Shown: one piece after another, positions 12,227-25,944 of the stretch | Numbering within the stretch: position 1 is the stretch's first letter | How the letters are laid out: each line of letters begins with the position of its first letter | Origin: Chrysomallon squamiferum | Lineage: Eukaryota > Animalia > Mollusca | Length of the DNA: 64,000 nucleotides | NCBI GenBank assembly: GCA_012295275.1 | Contig: CM022678.1 | Span: 930,001 to 994,000, forward strand | Direction of reading: 5' to 3' | Notes under the pieces: generated by a model | What the model saw: only the letters and a program-made list of their open reading frames with translations | What the model was told of the DNA's origin: nothing | Database searches by the model: none | Made by a program: the position numbers and the translations under genes

Positions 12227-13339
12227 ATTTACAATATTTAGTTCAAATACATAACTGAAAAAAAAAAAAAAAAAAAAATCTTAGAAACTGAAAATCATCT
12301 TAAATTCATGATAAAGTTTATGTCGAAGTGAGTTGTTAGCTCTAATGAATTAATTACTGTGTGATGTCAGATAAACCAGAGTATATTATAATGACATCAG
12401 TTGTTACATTTCATTACTTTTTCGTTCTTTTTTTCATTTCTGTTTGAGGTTATCAAGTTTATATTTTCTTGTTAATTAAACAAAGAGTAACACACACACA
12501 CACACACACACACAGAGACAGACAGACACAGGCACCTTGAACCAAAATTTGAGTTACAAGCGAGCTTCAGATATGCCACTGCTAGTTGGTGCAACAAACA
12601 ACTCAACATACAGCCAGCATCCCATGTTGCACTTGTTTGATTCACATGGTTACCTGGCCACATAAACATCTGTGTGGTGCTTATGCAGTGTTTTGCCTAA
12701 TTTTCTGCCCATGGATTGTAAGAAAGTGAGTGCAAAGGACAGTACTTGTACGATATGTACCATACTGATTCAGAAGGAGTCGATAAAGGCTATAACTCCA
12801 GCCAAAGGCATTACAATAAATTGTCTGATCTCCAAGATAAATACACTTCACAAAACCAATTTATATTTCTTTGCATTCTCATTTATTTTGCCTTTATACC
12901 ATATTTGTCATTTATAAATACATTTTTTATTATTTAAAAACATGTTAAAAAACGTTGGGGTTGTTTTCAGGAGGCTGGAATGGATTAATGATATTTCAAT
13001 TAATTTCAGTTCTGAAAATCTGTTTGATATACAAGTAAACGGAGTTACCACCTCAGTCATGGAACGAATTAAACTCATAAGTCAAGGTACCACTGTATAT
13101 ATTTAAAACAAGTAAAATAAATATTGTACAGATGATGTTATAATTCCCACATACTGATGTCCAATTAAAACAGAGCAGCTAAGAGATTTCAAAATCACAT
13201 TGATTTTACTTACTAGTTTACAATTAACAGTCATTCACCCTGACTCTAAACATAAACTTTGAACATAACCTCAACACTAACTGTTCCTGTTCTTGACAAC
13301 ACAGCAAGTAATTGTGCTACTAAGATCATAATTATTCTC

Positions 13340-13690
13340 TGACCTAACCTGACAATTGCCCTAACACTAGCATAACCCTATACTCTAATATTAACCCTTT
13401 TCCTAAGCCTTACTCTAACACTAACAAAACCCTATACTCTAATATTAACCCTTTTCCTAAGCCTTACTCTAACACTAACAAAACCCTATACTCTAATATT
13501 AACCCTTTTCCTAAGCCTTACTCTAACACTAACATAACCCTATACTCTAATATTAACCCTTTTCCTAAGCCTTACTCTAACAGTAACTCTTCCTAAGCCT
13601 AAGCGTAACCGCAAGACTAACTCTAAGCCTAACCCTAACCCTAATCCTAGTCATAACCTTGACTGTAAACCTAACCCTAACCCTAATAAA
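13340..13690. repeat. Degenerate telomere-like (CCCTAA)n tract, including a 54-bp unit repeated ~4 times
   Basis: cctaaccctaaccctaa near 13628 and 13670. The 54-bp unit (accctatactctaatattaacccttttcctaagccttactctaacactaac..) runs 13371-13585 and equals 9 degenerate hexamers. Confidence 0.75.
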
Positions 13691-14381
13691 ATTTACTTTA
13701 AATGTTATCCTAACACTCACTGTTAACTTTTAAAGTTATTTATTTATTCATTTATTTACTTAAATTTTTGTTTTTAAGTTATTTTATATTTTGTCCTAAC
13801 ACTCATCTTCAACCTTTTTTTGAAATAAAAACTTTTTTCAATTTTATCCTAATACATGTCACCACATATTTAAATATAACCCTAATACTAATGTAAACAT
13901 AACCCTAACCATAATCATATGTACAATACGATAAATTAAGACTGTCAATATAAAACATATTTTAGACATCATCCTAACACTTTTCAAAGTTAATGCTTTG
14001 AAATAAATCTTCTTTTAAATGATATCTCAAAACTCATTAACTTTCCCAAGTTAATTTTTTTTAAACAAAAACTTTAATTTTTTATCTGAACACTCATCAT
14101 AAGATTTTAAAGTTTTATATCAAAACTCTGAGGTAAACAGATGTTAATGCTAATGTTAACCCTAACTGTAATAATAATGAAAGAATTTATTTGACCATTC
14201 ATTTTATTTGTATGAAGACAGGTAAACATGATCAGTAGATGCTATACAAACATTTATGTCTCTTAAAAGAAAAACTTAATCTGTGCATTATGAAATGTGT
14301 TTTTGTTTAATTAAATATGATTTGGTAAATCTCAACAACAACAACAACAACAATAATGATAATAAAGAAAAAAATAATAAC

Positions 14382-14441
<60 letters not shown>

Positions 14442-17400
14442 ACTCAGTGTAAAATTGTCTAGATATTTAAACTGAACAAAAGAGTGACACTTATGCTAAA
14501 TTTATTGCAATGTTTACCTGGAAAAATGTTGAGCATCCTCAGTGACTAATACAAAGACTTTACAGTAAACTGACAATTTCAGTTGTGAAACAACAGAATG
14601 TAAAGTGTCAGATTATTTTTATCAAAGTATTCTCACATAATCACTAGTCCCATCTAACACTGAAAACAAAAGTATATTCACTGAAACATACCAAACATTA
14701 CATTTATGATACTCCACCCCAAACCAACAGAATATACCCTGAAACATACCAAACATTATATTTATGATACTGACCCTAGATAAGTTACGTGAAGCATACT
14801 AAACAACAGAAAGATGTCCATGAACCATGGATAGGAAAACACAATAGGTATGAATAATTTATCACAGTCTATGATGAAATTAAGATAATAAACTATGCCT
14901 TTCTTTTGTGAGAACATTTCCACAATTTACTTGCATGGTTAAGTCCATTAGTAGAGTTAGCAGACATGCTAATATTTAACACTGTCACTAGTGCTTTTCT
15001 TGAACAATACAGGAAATTTAGTTACCTAACAAGAAAAACAAAAGTAATTACTATTTATAAAATATATTTATTATGTTAATTGTCAGTGGAATTACAAATT
15101 GTTATTTTAAAACATTAGCAATTTATCACATTTACAATCAAGGAAAACTTACGGCTATCATCCCATTTGTTACAACACTAACACAGAGTGAACTGGTAAT
15201 CAGTTGTGCTCTATCTAGTATACAATACTAGATTGGTCTACCCAGTTGTTACACAAAAAACTTACAAAATAATTAAAAAATTGTTCCATATTACAATTTA
15301 CCACAAGTCAAAACAAGAAAGAAAAAAAAGAAAAGCAATCTGAAGCAATTTGATTACTGATCATACTTGAACGTTAATTAATTTCCTGCATCACCAATGG
15401 CAACATGAAAACAACAGCTTAAGACAACCCCACTATCACACAACCAACCAGACCAAATACTTTGTTAATCAGGTTTCCTGTTTCTGAAAGTGAAAACAAA
15501 AATATCTTATGACAGTTGTAGAGAAAACTTACATGAAGTATATACATGTCTCAACTGTATAACATTTTTGATTTTTTTTTCTTCTTTCTTGCTGTTATTA
15601 TTATTACTATCATTATCATTATTTATTGTATGTAATGGCCAAGTATTACCCCCAAAAAATATTTTTATTTTTTTTATTTTTTATATCAGTGTATTAAAAA
15701 ATATACATGAACTCACTCATTTCATACATTATGTAACAGTGACATAACCAGCAGTTAAAACATTACACAACAGTAAATTAGAACACTAATAAAACTTTGT
15801 TCATTCTCAATAATAATAATAATAATAATAATAATAGTAATAATAGTTTATTTTTTGTAATGAAGATAATATTAAAATTTTATCACCTTCATTAAATCAG
15901 TTTTACTGCACACTCATAATTAAATGTCAAACAGGTAAATGAAAACATTACTAAATATATAAATATTCCTAATTTAAATTTACATTATTAATTATTTAAT
16001 ATTTTATAATTATAAAACAGATAAATGTAAACATTAACTGAAAATTTTCCCTATTAAAATTAATTTGCTTTAATAATTATTGACTATCTTTTAATTAATA
16101 GATAAATACGAACATTATTAACCAAGAATATTCCTAACAAATTTACTTTATTAATTATTCACTATTTTACAATTATTAAATAGAAAAATGTAAACATTAT
16201 TAACAAGAACATTAACATTACTTTATTAATTACTACTTTTTAATTATTAAACAGATCACACCCACACCCACACACCCACACCCACACGTACACACACATA
16301 TATATACATACATATATGTAATCATAAGCATATATATATATATATCTGTAATAGTTATCTTTGCTATATGGCAAACATCTTAAAACTAGTTATTGTAAAT
16401 GATAGTAAAATATTTAGTACTATAAAACTATTTTATATAATAAATATAGTTATACATTAATTTACTTGATAAATAAATAAATAAAATAAAATAAAACAAC
16501 CTTTACATTTAACATTAATATACAAATTAGCTTAGCATAAACATATTAAACATTTATTAATACAGAACAATTTTACAAACTAAAAACTGTACATTATAAA
16601 TTTTACACGACATTAAAACACAACTTTAATTATAACATCCTGTATAACAGATATTTTCACACATGAACAGTCTAACACAAGTAATAATCAAGTCATCATG
16701 AATAACAAATCTGATTTAAAAACTGCTTGACTTTTTTCTGACTGAATAACCTGATCAAAATTAACATCATTATTAGTACTGTTGTATTATTATTGGAAAA
16801 CCTAAATTATCTTAACATCTTTTTAAACTGAACTGTGCAATAAATATCCCAAAATGCTTCAGTAAAAAGTAAAAATCAAGTGAAAATTGTATTTAAATAG
16901 ATACAGCAAATTATACAATATAGTGATACATCATTAGTATGTATACAATACACTCTACCATACATTAATACAATATTTGAATAGATGGAATAGAGTAAAA
17001 CAATATTTGGATAGAAACAACAGACATTGCAATATAATGATAGAATATCTGTGTAGAATCAAAAACTACACCATATATTAATAGAAACAATTTCTAGTAT
17101 CTAGATATACACCAGACTACACAGCAATATAGACTGCCTTTAACTCTTCATCATAATGCATTTGTTTACAAATTTTATTTTGAAAATGCAGTGTGGCTAA
17201 TATATCAATAATTATACTTTTTAATTGAAAAGTTGGAACTACATTTTACTTAAAACACAATTACTTACACTGATACAACACTACATTAAAAATAAGCATA
17301 AATGATGCAGTTCAAAATAAAACCACATCAGAAATCAGTGTGTTTCAGGATGAAGTAGAAAATTAAGATTAAATTTGTACCACAGAAATTACAAACAGAA

Positions 17401-17547
17401 TTTTGATTTCTTCACAACAATTATTCCATTTATTATAAACATCAGTTTAATACCAAAAATATTTCTGCAGAATTTTAAAATGATTCCACCACGTAATCTT
17501 CCACCTAAAATGAAAGTCTGTGTACATAATGTACTTAACTGAAAAGT

Positions 17548-20500
17548 TCAGGGGTTTTCACCACTACTGATTTTGATATTTTCATCTACACCTTTTTCTA
17601 TTAGTACTTTCAAAATTTCTGTATTTCCATGTTTTACAGCTACGTTAAAACAGAATTGTTATCATTGTCTGTTAAATTAGGATCAGCTCCATGTTCCAGT
17701 AAATACAAAGCTACTTCATTCTTTTGATACTGACGAGCTGTAAAAAGAGGAGTTTCACCTCTACAGTTTCTAATGTTTACATCAACACCTTTTTCAGTCA
17801 GTGCTGTCACAATGTCTAAATTTGCTTTTTCAGCTGCTCTGTGTAAAACAGAATTGTTATCATTGTCTGTTAAATTAGGATCAGCTCCATGTTCCAGTAA
17901 ATACAAAATTACTTTGTTCTTACAAGTGCACACATCTGAATGTTGGTGAAAACTATATCTGTAGTGATTCAGAGCCATTAAAAGAGGAGTTTCACCATGG
18001 CTGTTTTTAATATTTACATCAAAATATTTTTCAATCAGTGCTTTCACAATTTCTAGATTTCCAGATACAGATGCTACGTGTAAAACAGAATTGTTATTAC
18101 TGTCCGTTAAATTAGGATCAGCTCCATGTTCCAGTAAATACAAAACTACATTGTTCTGTTCAAACTTAACAGCTGCAAAAATGGGAGTTTCACCTTGACT
18201 GTTTTTAATATTTACATCAGCACCTTTTTCAGTCAGTGCTGTCACAATTTTCATATTTCCTTGGTTAGCTGCTTCATATAAAACAGAATTGTTATGTATG
18301 TCTGTTAAATTAGGATCAGCTCCATGTTCCAGTAAATACCAAACTATATTCTTCTTATTAGAGTAAAAATGATATTTGTCGTTATTCATAGCTGTGAGAA
18401 GAGGAGTTTCACCTTTACGGTTTCTAATATTTATATCAACACCTTTTTCTATCAGTGCTTTCAGAATTTTTTGATTTCCATGTTCAGCTGCTAAATGTAA
18501 TACAGAATTGTTATCATTGTCTGTTAAATTAGGATCAGCTCCATGTTCCAGTAAGCAAAAAACTACAGTATTATTACAGAGTACACAGATGGTGTATAAC
18601 TAAATTCATATCTTTTGAACTTCAGAGCTCTATGAAGTGCAGTTTGACCTTTATTGTTTTTCTTATTTACATCAGCACCTTTTTCAATCAGTGCTGTCAC
18701 AATTTCTATATTTCCATGTTTAGCTGCTAAGTGTAAAACAGAATTGTTATCATTGTCTGTTAAATTAGGATCAACTCCATGTTCCAGTAAATAATAAACT
18801 ACTTGACATTTTTCATCTTTCGGAAATGGAGCAATTTTATCATCATCAAAATAAACAGCTGCAGAAAGAGCAGTTTCACCTCTACAGTTTCTAATATTTA
18901 CATCTGCACCTTTTTCTATCAGTGCTGTCACAATATCTATATTTCCATGTTTAGCTGCTAGGTGTAAAACAGAATTGTTATCATTGTCTGTTAAATTAGG
19001 ATCAGCTCCATGTTCCAGCAAATAAAAAAATAGTTTGTTCTCTTCAGAGATAATAGCTGTAAAAAGAGGAGTTTCTCCGCGACAGTTTCTAATATGTAAA
19101 TCAAAACCTTTTTCAATCAGTGCTGTCACAATTTCTATATTTCTTTGTTTAGCTGCTAGATGTAAAACAGAATTGTTATGAGTGTCTGTTAAATTAGGAT
19201 CAGCTCCATGTTGCAGTAAATAAAAAGCTACTTCGTTCTTACGAGAGTACACATCTGGAAGGTTGGAAAAATGATATTCGTTGTAACTGAGAGAAGTAAG
19301 AAGAGGTGTTTCACCTAGACCATTTTTAATATTTACATCAACATCTTTTTCAATCAGTGCTGTCACAATTTCTATAATTCCATATTTAGCTGCTATGTGT
19401 AAAACTGAATTCTTATCATTGTCTGTTAAATTAAGATCAGCTCCATGTTGCAGTAAATAAAAAGCTACTTTGTTCTTACGAGAGTACACATCTGGAAGGA
19501 TGGAAAATTGATATTTGTTGTAATTCACAGCTGTATGAAGAAGAGTTTCACCTAGACCATTTTTAATATTTACATCAAACCCTTTTTCAATCAGCGTTGT
19601 CACAATTTCTATATTTCCAAAACCAGCTGCTACGTGTAAAACAGAATTGTTATCACTGTCTGTTAAATTAGGATTAGCTCCATGTTTCAGTAAATACAAA
19701 ATAACTTTGTAACAAGAGTCTCTTTTGTCATATATATCATCTTTTTGGTCACTGACAGATCTGTGAAGTGGAGTTTGCTCTCTGCTGTTTTTAATATTTA
19801 CATCTGCTTCTTTTTCTATTAGAGCTTTCACAATTTCTATATTTCCAGATTGAACTGCTAGGTGTAAAACAGAATTGTTATCTTTGTCTGTTAAATCAGG
19901 ATCAGCTCCATGTTCCAGTAAATACAAAACTACTTTATTCTGTTTATAATTAAGAGCTGTAAAAAGAGGTGTTACACCTTGAGTGTTTTCAATATTTACA
20001 TCAAAACTGTTTTTACTCAGTGCTGTCACAATTTCTATATTTCCTTGTTTAGCTGCTCTGTGTAAAACAGAATTGTTATCATTGTCTGTTAAATTAGGAT
20101 CAGCTCCTTGTTTTAATAAGTATAAAGCTATTTCTGTTTTGTTGTTGTTCAAGGACAAAAAAAAGAGGAGTTTCCCCTTCAGAGTTAATTGCATTTATTT
20201 CAACACCCCTTTTTGTTACTTCTTTCACCACATCTATGTGAATTTGACAAGCTATGTGCAATGCTGAATTCTTTTGTTTATCTGCAATGTTAGTATTAGC
20301 ACCACTTTCCAGTAACAACAAAGCTACTTCCTTTCTGTTTGTCACCGCTTTTGCAGCTTCATGAAGTGGAGTTTTCCCATCTCTGTTTACTGCACTAACA
20401 TCAGCATTTCTCTCTATTAGTGATTTTATCACATCTAAATCACCACGCAGAACTGAAATGTGGAGAAGTGAATCTGAAGGCAACAACTGCAAACTAGTTT

Positions 20501-22832
20501 TCACATCAAAAGACACTTTTAATTGATTTTCCTCTTCAAATAACTCAATTAATTTCTTGTTAATAGCTACATTCACATTAGGATCAGCTCCTTTATCAAG
20601 AAGACACTGAACAACATCTGCACTGTTAAACATCACTGCAACTTTCAGTACTTCACCTTTCTTCCAATTGTTCTTATCTGTATCATTACTTCTCTGCTCA
20701 GTGAGAAAATTCACTGTGTCAGCAGATCCCCACATTGCTGCTGCTAAAAGTACTTTATCTCTGTTCTCCTCATTTAAACAATCAGGTTTCAGTTTTACTA
20801 TTTCTTTTATAACAGTTGAAGTACTCTGACCAGCAGCAATGATAGCAATGTCTTTAGTTTTGTTTATTATATCACAGGTAACCAGTTTCTTAAAAAGATG
20901 GCTTACATCAACAACTTTAAAAGTCTTTGAGTTACTTACAATCATGTCAAATACATTAATCAGCATATTATTTGGTTTAAATCTTACTAGTTGATGGAAA
21001 CAAACCAATAACAGCTTTACAGCTTTTTCCTTGATTTCACTGTTCTGTTTCTCACTGTTTATCATGTCAGCTAACAGACAGGCAATGTTCATATTACCTG
21101 AACAAATTGAAATATGTAACAAGTGGGTACACAGAGTCATTTCTCTCTCATTTGTATACAGTAACAGTTCTTTGAGTATGGTAGCACTGTCTGTTTTTGA
21201 AAAAGCAGCTGCACTGAATGTTGCAAATGTTGGAATGACACCTGATTCTAGCAACATTCTCACAAGATCTTCATCACCAAACAAACAAAACATATTCAAA
21301 AGTTCTTCTTTCAGACATGTTAATTTCATTTTACTCAGAGTTGATAAGAAAACTCTTGACAATGTTTTCAATCCATTCACAATACAGTCACTTGTAACAG
21401 ATGATGAATTTATAAAACATTTTATAACATCCAAATACCACATATTATTAAAATGAACCTTCGGATCACTGTTAAGCAGATATGAAATATTGATAAATAT
21501 TTTATTAGCACTGTCTACATCTACAAATACTATATGAATATATTCATATTGATTTATTCCATATAGTCTTGTATTCAATATTACTGATAACCTTTCATTA
21601 AAGTATTTTTCTTTTATCAGGTATTTTACAAATTCTTCATCTTTCAGTGATGGATGTAAAATAATTGTTCTTGCGTTTGATGCCAGCAGGTCAGTAAATC
21701 TGCGAGCAAGAAAGTCAAAGCAGTCAGGTCTCACAGTCATTGTAATATGACTTCTGTTAGACACTCCAGGCGTCACAACATATTCTAACAACATGGAGAC
21801 AGGACACACTTCTAGCAACTCTGCTGCTTTCTTTGGAAACTCTGATGAAAACATCAGAAACAAACAGTCAAACACTGACTGGTGAATAAATGTGTATTTA
21901 TTGTCATAACACTTCAAATAGGTACCACACATTACATCAGCTGTTTTCTTTAAATCTGTGAGACCAGTGTTCAGACCAGTATTCAGACAGGCTTTCTCTA
22001 ACAGTCTTATTAATTTCATTATGTCACTGTCAGAGTCATTTTCAAAAGGGTCCAGTGAATCAATGCTGAGATTGCCTTGTTTGAACAAAATCAGCAGTAG
22101 AACCAGGTAACTGATCTGTGAAGATCTGTCATTTTTCAATTTTTCCAGCTCTTGTCTGAGATATTCTACAGGTTTTTTAAAAAACTCAACTCCTCTTTTT
22201 TGTGCATCACTTGAATTAACATAAAACACACACACCTGAGGAAATGCTAACTCTGTACATGAACTTTCAATGGCAGTCAATTTATATATTTCATCCATTT
22301 TAACATCCTTTTTGTTTGAGATATTTGTTTAGAATTTCTTCCTTTTCATTATCAGTCAGACAACAGTCACAACTCTGCAGATCAAGAACATGATTCTTTC
22401 TAAACAGATCAAATTCCTTCAAACTAGTTTCAGTTTCTGAAAATATTTGTTTTCTTAAAGTAATAATACATTTCAAAGAACCATCCTGAACAAGACTCCA
22501 TAGCTTTGTAAATTTCAGTTTCCATGAGTCTATAAAATGTGAAACAAGATTAGTCTTACCAAATATATCATCAATGAGAACAACATATTTATTATTTCCA
22601 GATACAGGGATGTCATTGAATTCAGAGTGATGAGTCAGCAAGTAGGATTCTCTTTTTTCTTCATTTTCTATCTGTCTCATCATACGCAAAGCAAGAGTTG
22701 TCTTTCCTGAACCTGGACATCCTATCACAATGACAACACCATTCTGCTTCAAAAGTTCAACACCTCTTTCTTCTGCTCTTGTTTCAACATAGACTCTCCA
22801 GTCAGCTGAATTTAACAAAGACCTGGTAGACT
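17548..22832 (-). CDS. STAND-class P-loop NTPase (nSTAND3-like) + ~30 ankyrin repeats, copy 1; single large exon interrupted by four 1-nt frameshifts (assembly errors or recent pseudogenisation)
   Basis: Phase-1 acceptor at 22833-22835. Walker A GCPGSGKTT, Walker B VVLIDDIFG, then ITLR, ELAFPQVC and FIHQSVFD motifs, followed by ankyrin repeats (TPLF/SVLH...GADPN). ORF pieces 22818-22300, 22298-20100, 20194-18563 and 18389-17640 join with frameshifts near 22310, 20160, 18578 and 17645. Corrected stop TGA at 17548-17550. Confidence 0.88.
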
Positions 22833-23045
22833 CTGTATCATAATATTTAAAAATTAATAACCATTATTAGTTATTTTGAACATATGTTACTATTTAGATA
22901 TAAATAATATAATTCTTAACTGGTCATCAGATGTGAAGATTTTCTTAAGAATACAATAGTTTGTTGTCATAATTTTAATTCATCAGAATTTAATCAAGAT
23001 AATAACATGTCACAATTTTAGATGGTGTAAAAGTAACAAGATGCA

Positions 23046-23620
23046 TAAGGGTCATTCCGTGTCAAATCACCCAATGGTTTAAACCCGACCGTCTCAGATT
23101 TTTATGAAACTTGGTATACTTGTTGACTGGGATCCCACAGCACCAAATCTGAAATTTTAGCTCAATCAGACCAGTGGTGTGGGAGATACGGCCCACCGAA
23201 TTTTGAGATTTTTGCCAAAAATGGGTGTGACCACCAACCTTAGAACCCTCATATCTCAGGAACTACTGGGCCAATCTTCATAAAATTGGTATTGTTAGAA
23301 AGGCAAAATGACAAGGATGCCAAATCTGCCATTTTTGTTTAGCTTGGAAAATACTGAAGTACCTTGACCTTTTGACCTTTGCTATGACCTTGAAACTGAC
23401 CGTGTGGATCACGTGATCTTGAGATGACCTTTATTGAAATTTAATCTCCCACATGTTAACTAAAACATATAAAAGTTTCCTGGGTGTAATATTTTTTGTT
23501 TAGCCACAATATAGATTTAAAAAATGCACATACATGAAAATAACACCTTTTCAGCCATTAACATCTGATTAACTAAAACCTGAATGATCAATTCTGGATG
23601 CTAGGAATCACAGCAGTTCA
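23046..23620. mobile_element. Probable non-autonomous DNA transposon fragment (family not assigned)
   Basis: Abrupt higher-GC insert beginning taa-GGGTCATTCCGTGTCAAATCACCC, with tgacct repeats. It interrupts sequence that is otherwise homologous between the STAND copies (absent at 24160 and 37200). No second terminus or TSD identified. Confidence 0.55.
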
Positions 23621-23956
23621 GGTAGGTACCACACATTACATTGGCTGTTTTCTTTATATCTGTGAGACCAGTGTTTTTTACACTCTGACAGACTCGCTCT
23701 AGCAGTTTTACTAATTTCATTATGTCACTGTCAGAGTCATTTTCAGATGGATCCAGTGATGAGTCAGCAAGTAAGATTCTCTCTTTTTTTTCTATCTGTT
23801 TCATCATGCTCAAAGCAAGAGTTGTCTTTCCTGAACCTGAACTTCCTACCACAATGACAACACCGTTCTTCTTCAAAAGTTCAACACCTCTTTTCTCTGC
23901 TCTTGTTTCAACATAGACACTCCAGTCAGCTGAGTTTAACACTGACCTGGTAGGTT
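23601..23956 (-). pseudogene. Truncated, internally deleted duplicate of the STAND exon (copy 2)
   Basis: Phase-1 acceptor 23957-23959, LNSADW..GSSGSGKTT, then a jump to SLDPSENDSDSDIMKL (~570-bp deletion removing Walker B). Runs into the TE-like insert. Confidence 0.85.
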
Positions 23957-24233
23957 CTGAATAACAACATTTAAAAAAATTAGCATCTGTTTTTAATTGT
24001 TTTTAATGTATTTTAATATTTAAATATAATATTTTAACTGGTCATCAGATGTGAAGTTTTTAAAATAAAATAGCAGTTTCTTGTCATACGTTTTTTTTTC
24101 AGCAGAATCTAATGCAGATAATAAGATGTCACAATTTTAGATGGTGTAAAACTAACGAGATAAATATCTTGTTATATATGAACATCTTTCAGAAGGAAAG
24201 CAACAACAAATAAATACAAAAATTAAATAATAC

Positions 24234-24266
24234 CTCTAATGTTGGATCCTCTTTCATCAATCTTTG
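24234..24266 (-). CDS. 33-nt phase 1-1 microexon (KIDERGSNIR) of STAND-ankyrin gene 1
   Basis: tattattccag acceptor, GTATT donor, frame-compatible with neighbouring exons. Confidence 0.5.
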
Positions 24267-25124
24267 CTGGAATAATATAATTATAAAACAAATATGTTTG
24301 TGTAACTGATAATGAGTAAAAGAGAAAAAGCAGTTTATTTATGAAACTGTAAACATGTAACATTATTATTATATTTTTGTTATCTCTTTTACTATAATTA
24401 TTATTATTATTTTCAAAACAATTGCTGTTCTTTGTTATTACTGTTGTTACTGATGTCCTGTATTGTTTGGATTGTTATTGTTGCTGTTATTATTATTATC
24501 TTCTTTATACTTTATTTCAGTATTTGCTATAAATAATAACAAATATATTTGTCTTGTTTAAATCAGGTTGAATTATATTAATATCATATATATAAAAAGA
24601 GTAACAATACTTATAATTTGTGTTTGTATGTATGTTTCTATGTTGTTCAGATTAAAGTGTCTGACAGAAAATGACTACTGTGATGTGTATTCTGTTATTT
24701 ATTAAACATGTAGAAAAAACACAACATTCCTGTTATTAGACACATCCTGGTAATTCTGAACTGTGCTGATATTTACATTGTGTTTTACCACTGGTTGTGT
24801 TCTTCTGACTGAGTAAAAGAAATTTATTTTTATCTACACTTAGAGATATGACACTGTACACTCTTAATACAGTCTGTCTTAACAGTATTACTGAATATAT
24901 CAATAAAAGTTTGTTTTAAAAAATGTGTTTAATATTATTAACTAATTATGCATAAAATAATCTAACAAAATCCAAATCAAAATCTTTGAACTGTTAAAAT
25001 ATTATGAAAATAAAACAAAGATGTGTCATCTTACACAGCCTAAGAAAAATATATTAAAAAGTAGACAGGAATTGAAATACTTCATTATTAAACATTTAAA
25101 GATATAAAAAAAATGCTGTCATAC

Positions 25125-25185
25125 TTTCTAAGGAAGAAGCATCTCTGAAATTAGATGAATTTTCTGAATTCTCTTTGTCATCCAT
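25125..25185 (-). CDS. Probable start-codon exon of STAND-ankyrin gene 1 (MDDKENSENSSNFRDASSLE)
   Basis: ttttacag acceptor at 25193-25195, ATG 7 nt inside, GTATG donor in phase 1 matching the phase-1 acceptors at 24266, 23956 and 22832. Confidence 0.6.
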
Positions 25186-25944
25186 AGGCGAGCTGTAAAA
25201 CATAATTTAATGATTTTTTTAATCACATGAAACAAAACAATGTTGTTTTTTCTTAATATATTGTATTCACAGTTATAAGTGGTCAAACTTATGATTAAAG
25301 AGAATTAAGATAACAAAACAAAAGAGAAGAAACCCACTCTTTCTTATTAACAAACAAGTGATATTTCATTTACACCTACCCACAGATAGTACCTACTATA
25401 GCAGTTTCATACTGTTGTAATTCATTAATCTTGCATCATATTAGAATCAGTTCATTTGAAACATTTCATAACAATTAATTGATAATTATCACAAAACATT
25501 TGTAGGATGTTTCCTCAACTGCAGTACAAAAATATGTATATAAAATAATTATCACAAGAGTCATACAAATGATATACTGTCTTGGCTCTAAATGTACTAA
25601 TTATCAGAATAGTTATACAAAGTAACATTTTTGTTTTGTATTAAGAATAATAATTACATTATTTATTCTTAGTTATTTCTTAGATTTTTTTCAACTATAG
25701 TAAATATATTAATTATCACAACAGTGTACAATGTTATATATTTGCTTAGTAAAATCTGAACCCAGCTTTTGGCAACTAAAGTTTTATAGTCTTCTATTGT
25801 ACATTCTACACTTATATTAAAGTTAACTATTTTTACTGAGAATCACTTTTATTACACTTGAAGTTGTAATATGTACATGCATATGTGTTTATGTGTGTTT
25901 CTTCTTGTGTGTAAATTTAGGTAATTTAAACAAACAGAACATTT

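Noticed and set aside
17548-22832. Horizontal transfer or endosymbiont origin of the intron-poor ankyrin gene
   Set aside because: It has spliceosomal upstream exons, host-like composition and local paralogs; large single-exon STAND-ankyrin genes are common in invertebrates
24789-24808. Possible additional microexon in STAND gene 1
   Set aside because: Candidate lengths of 16 or 20 nt would break the phase-1 frame; unsupported
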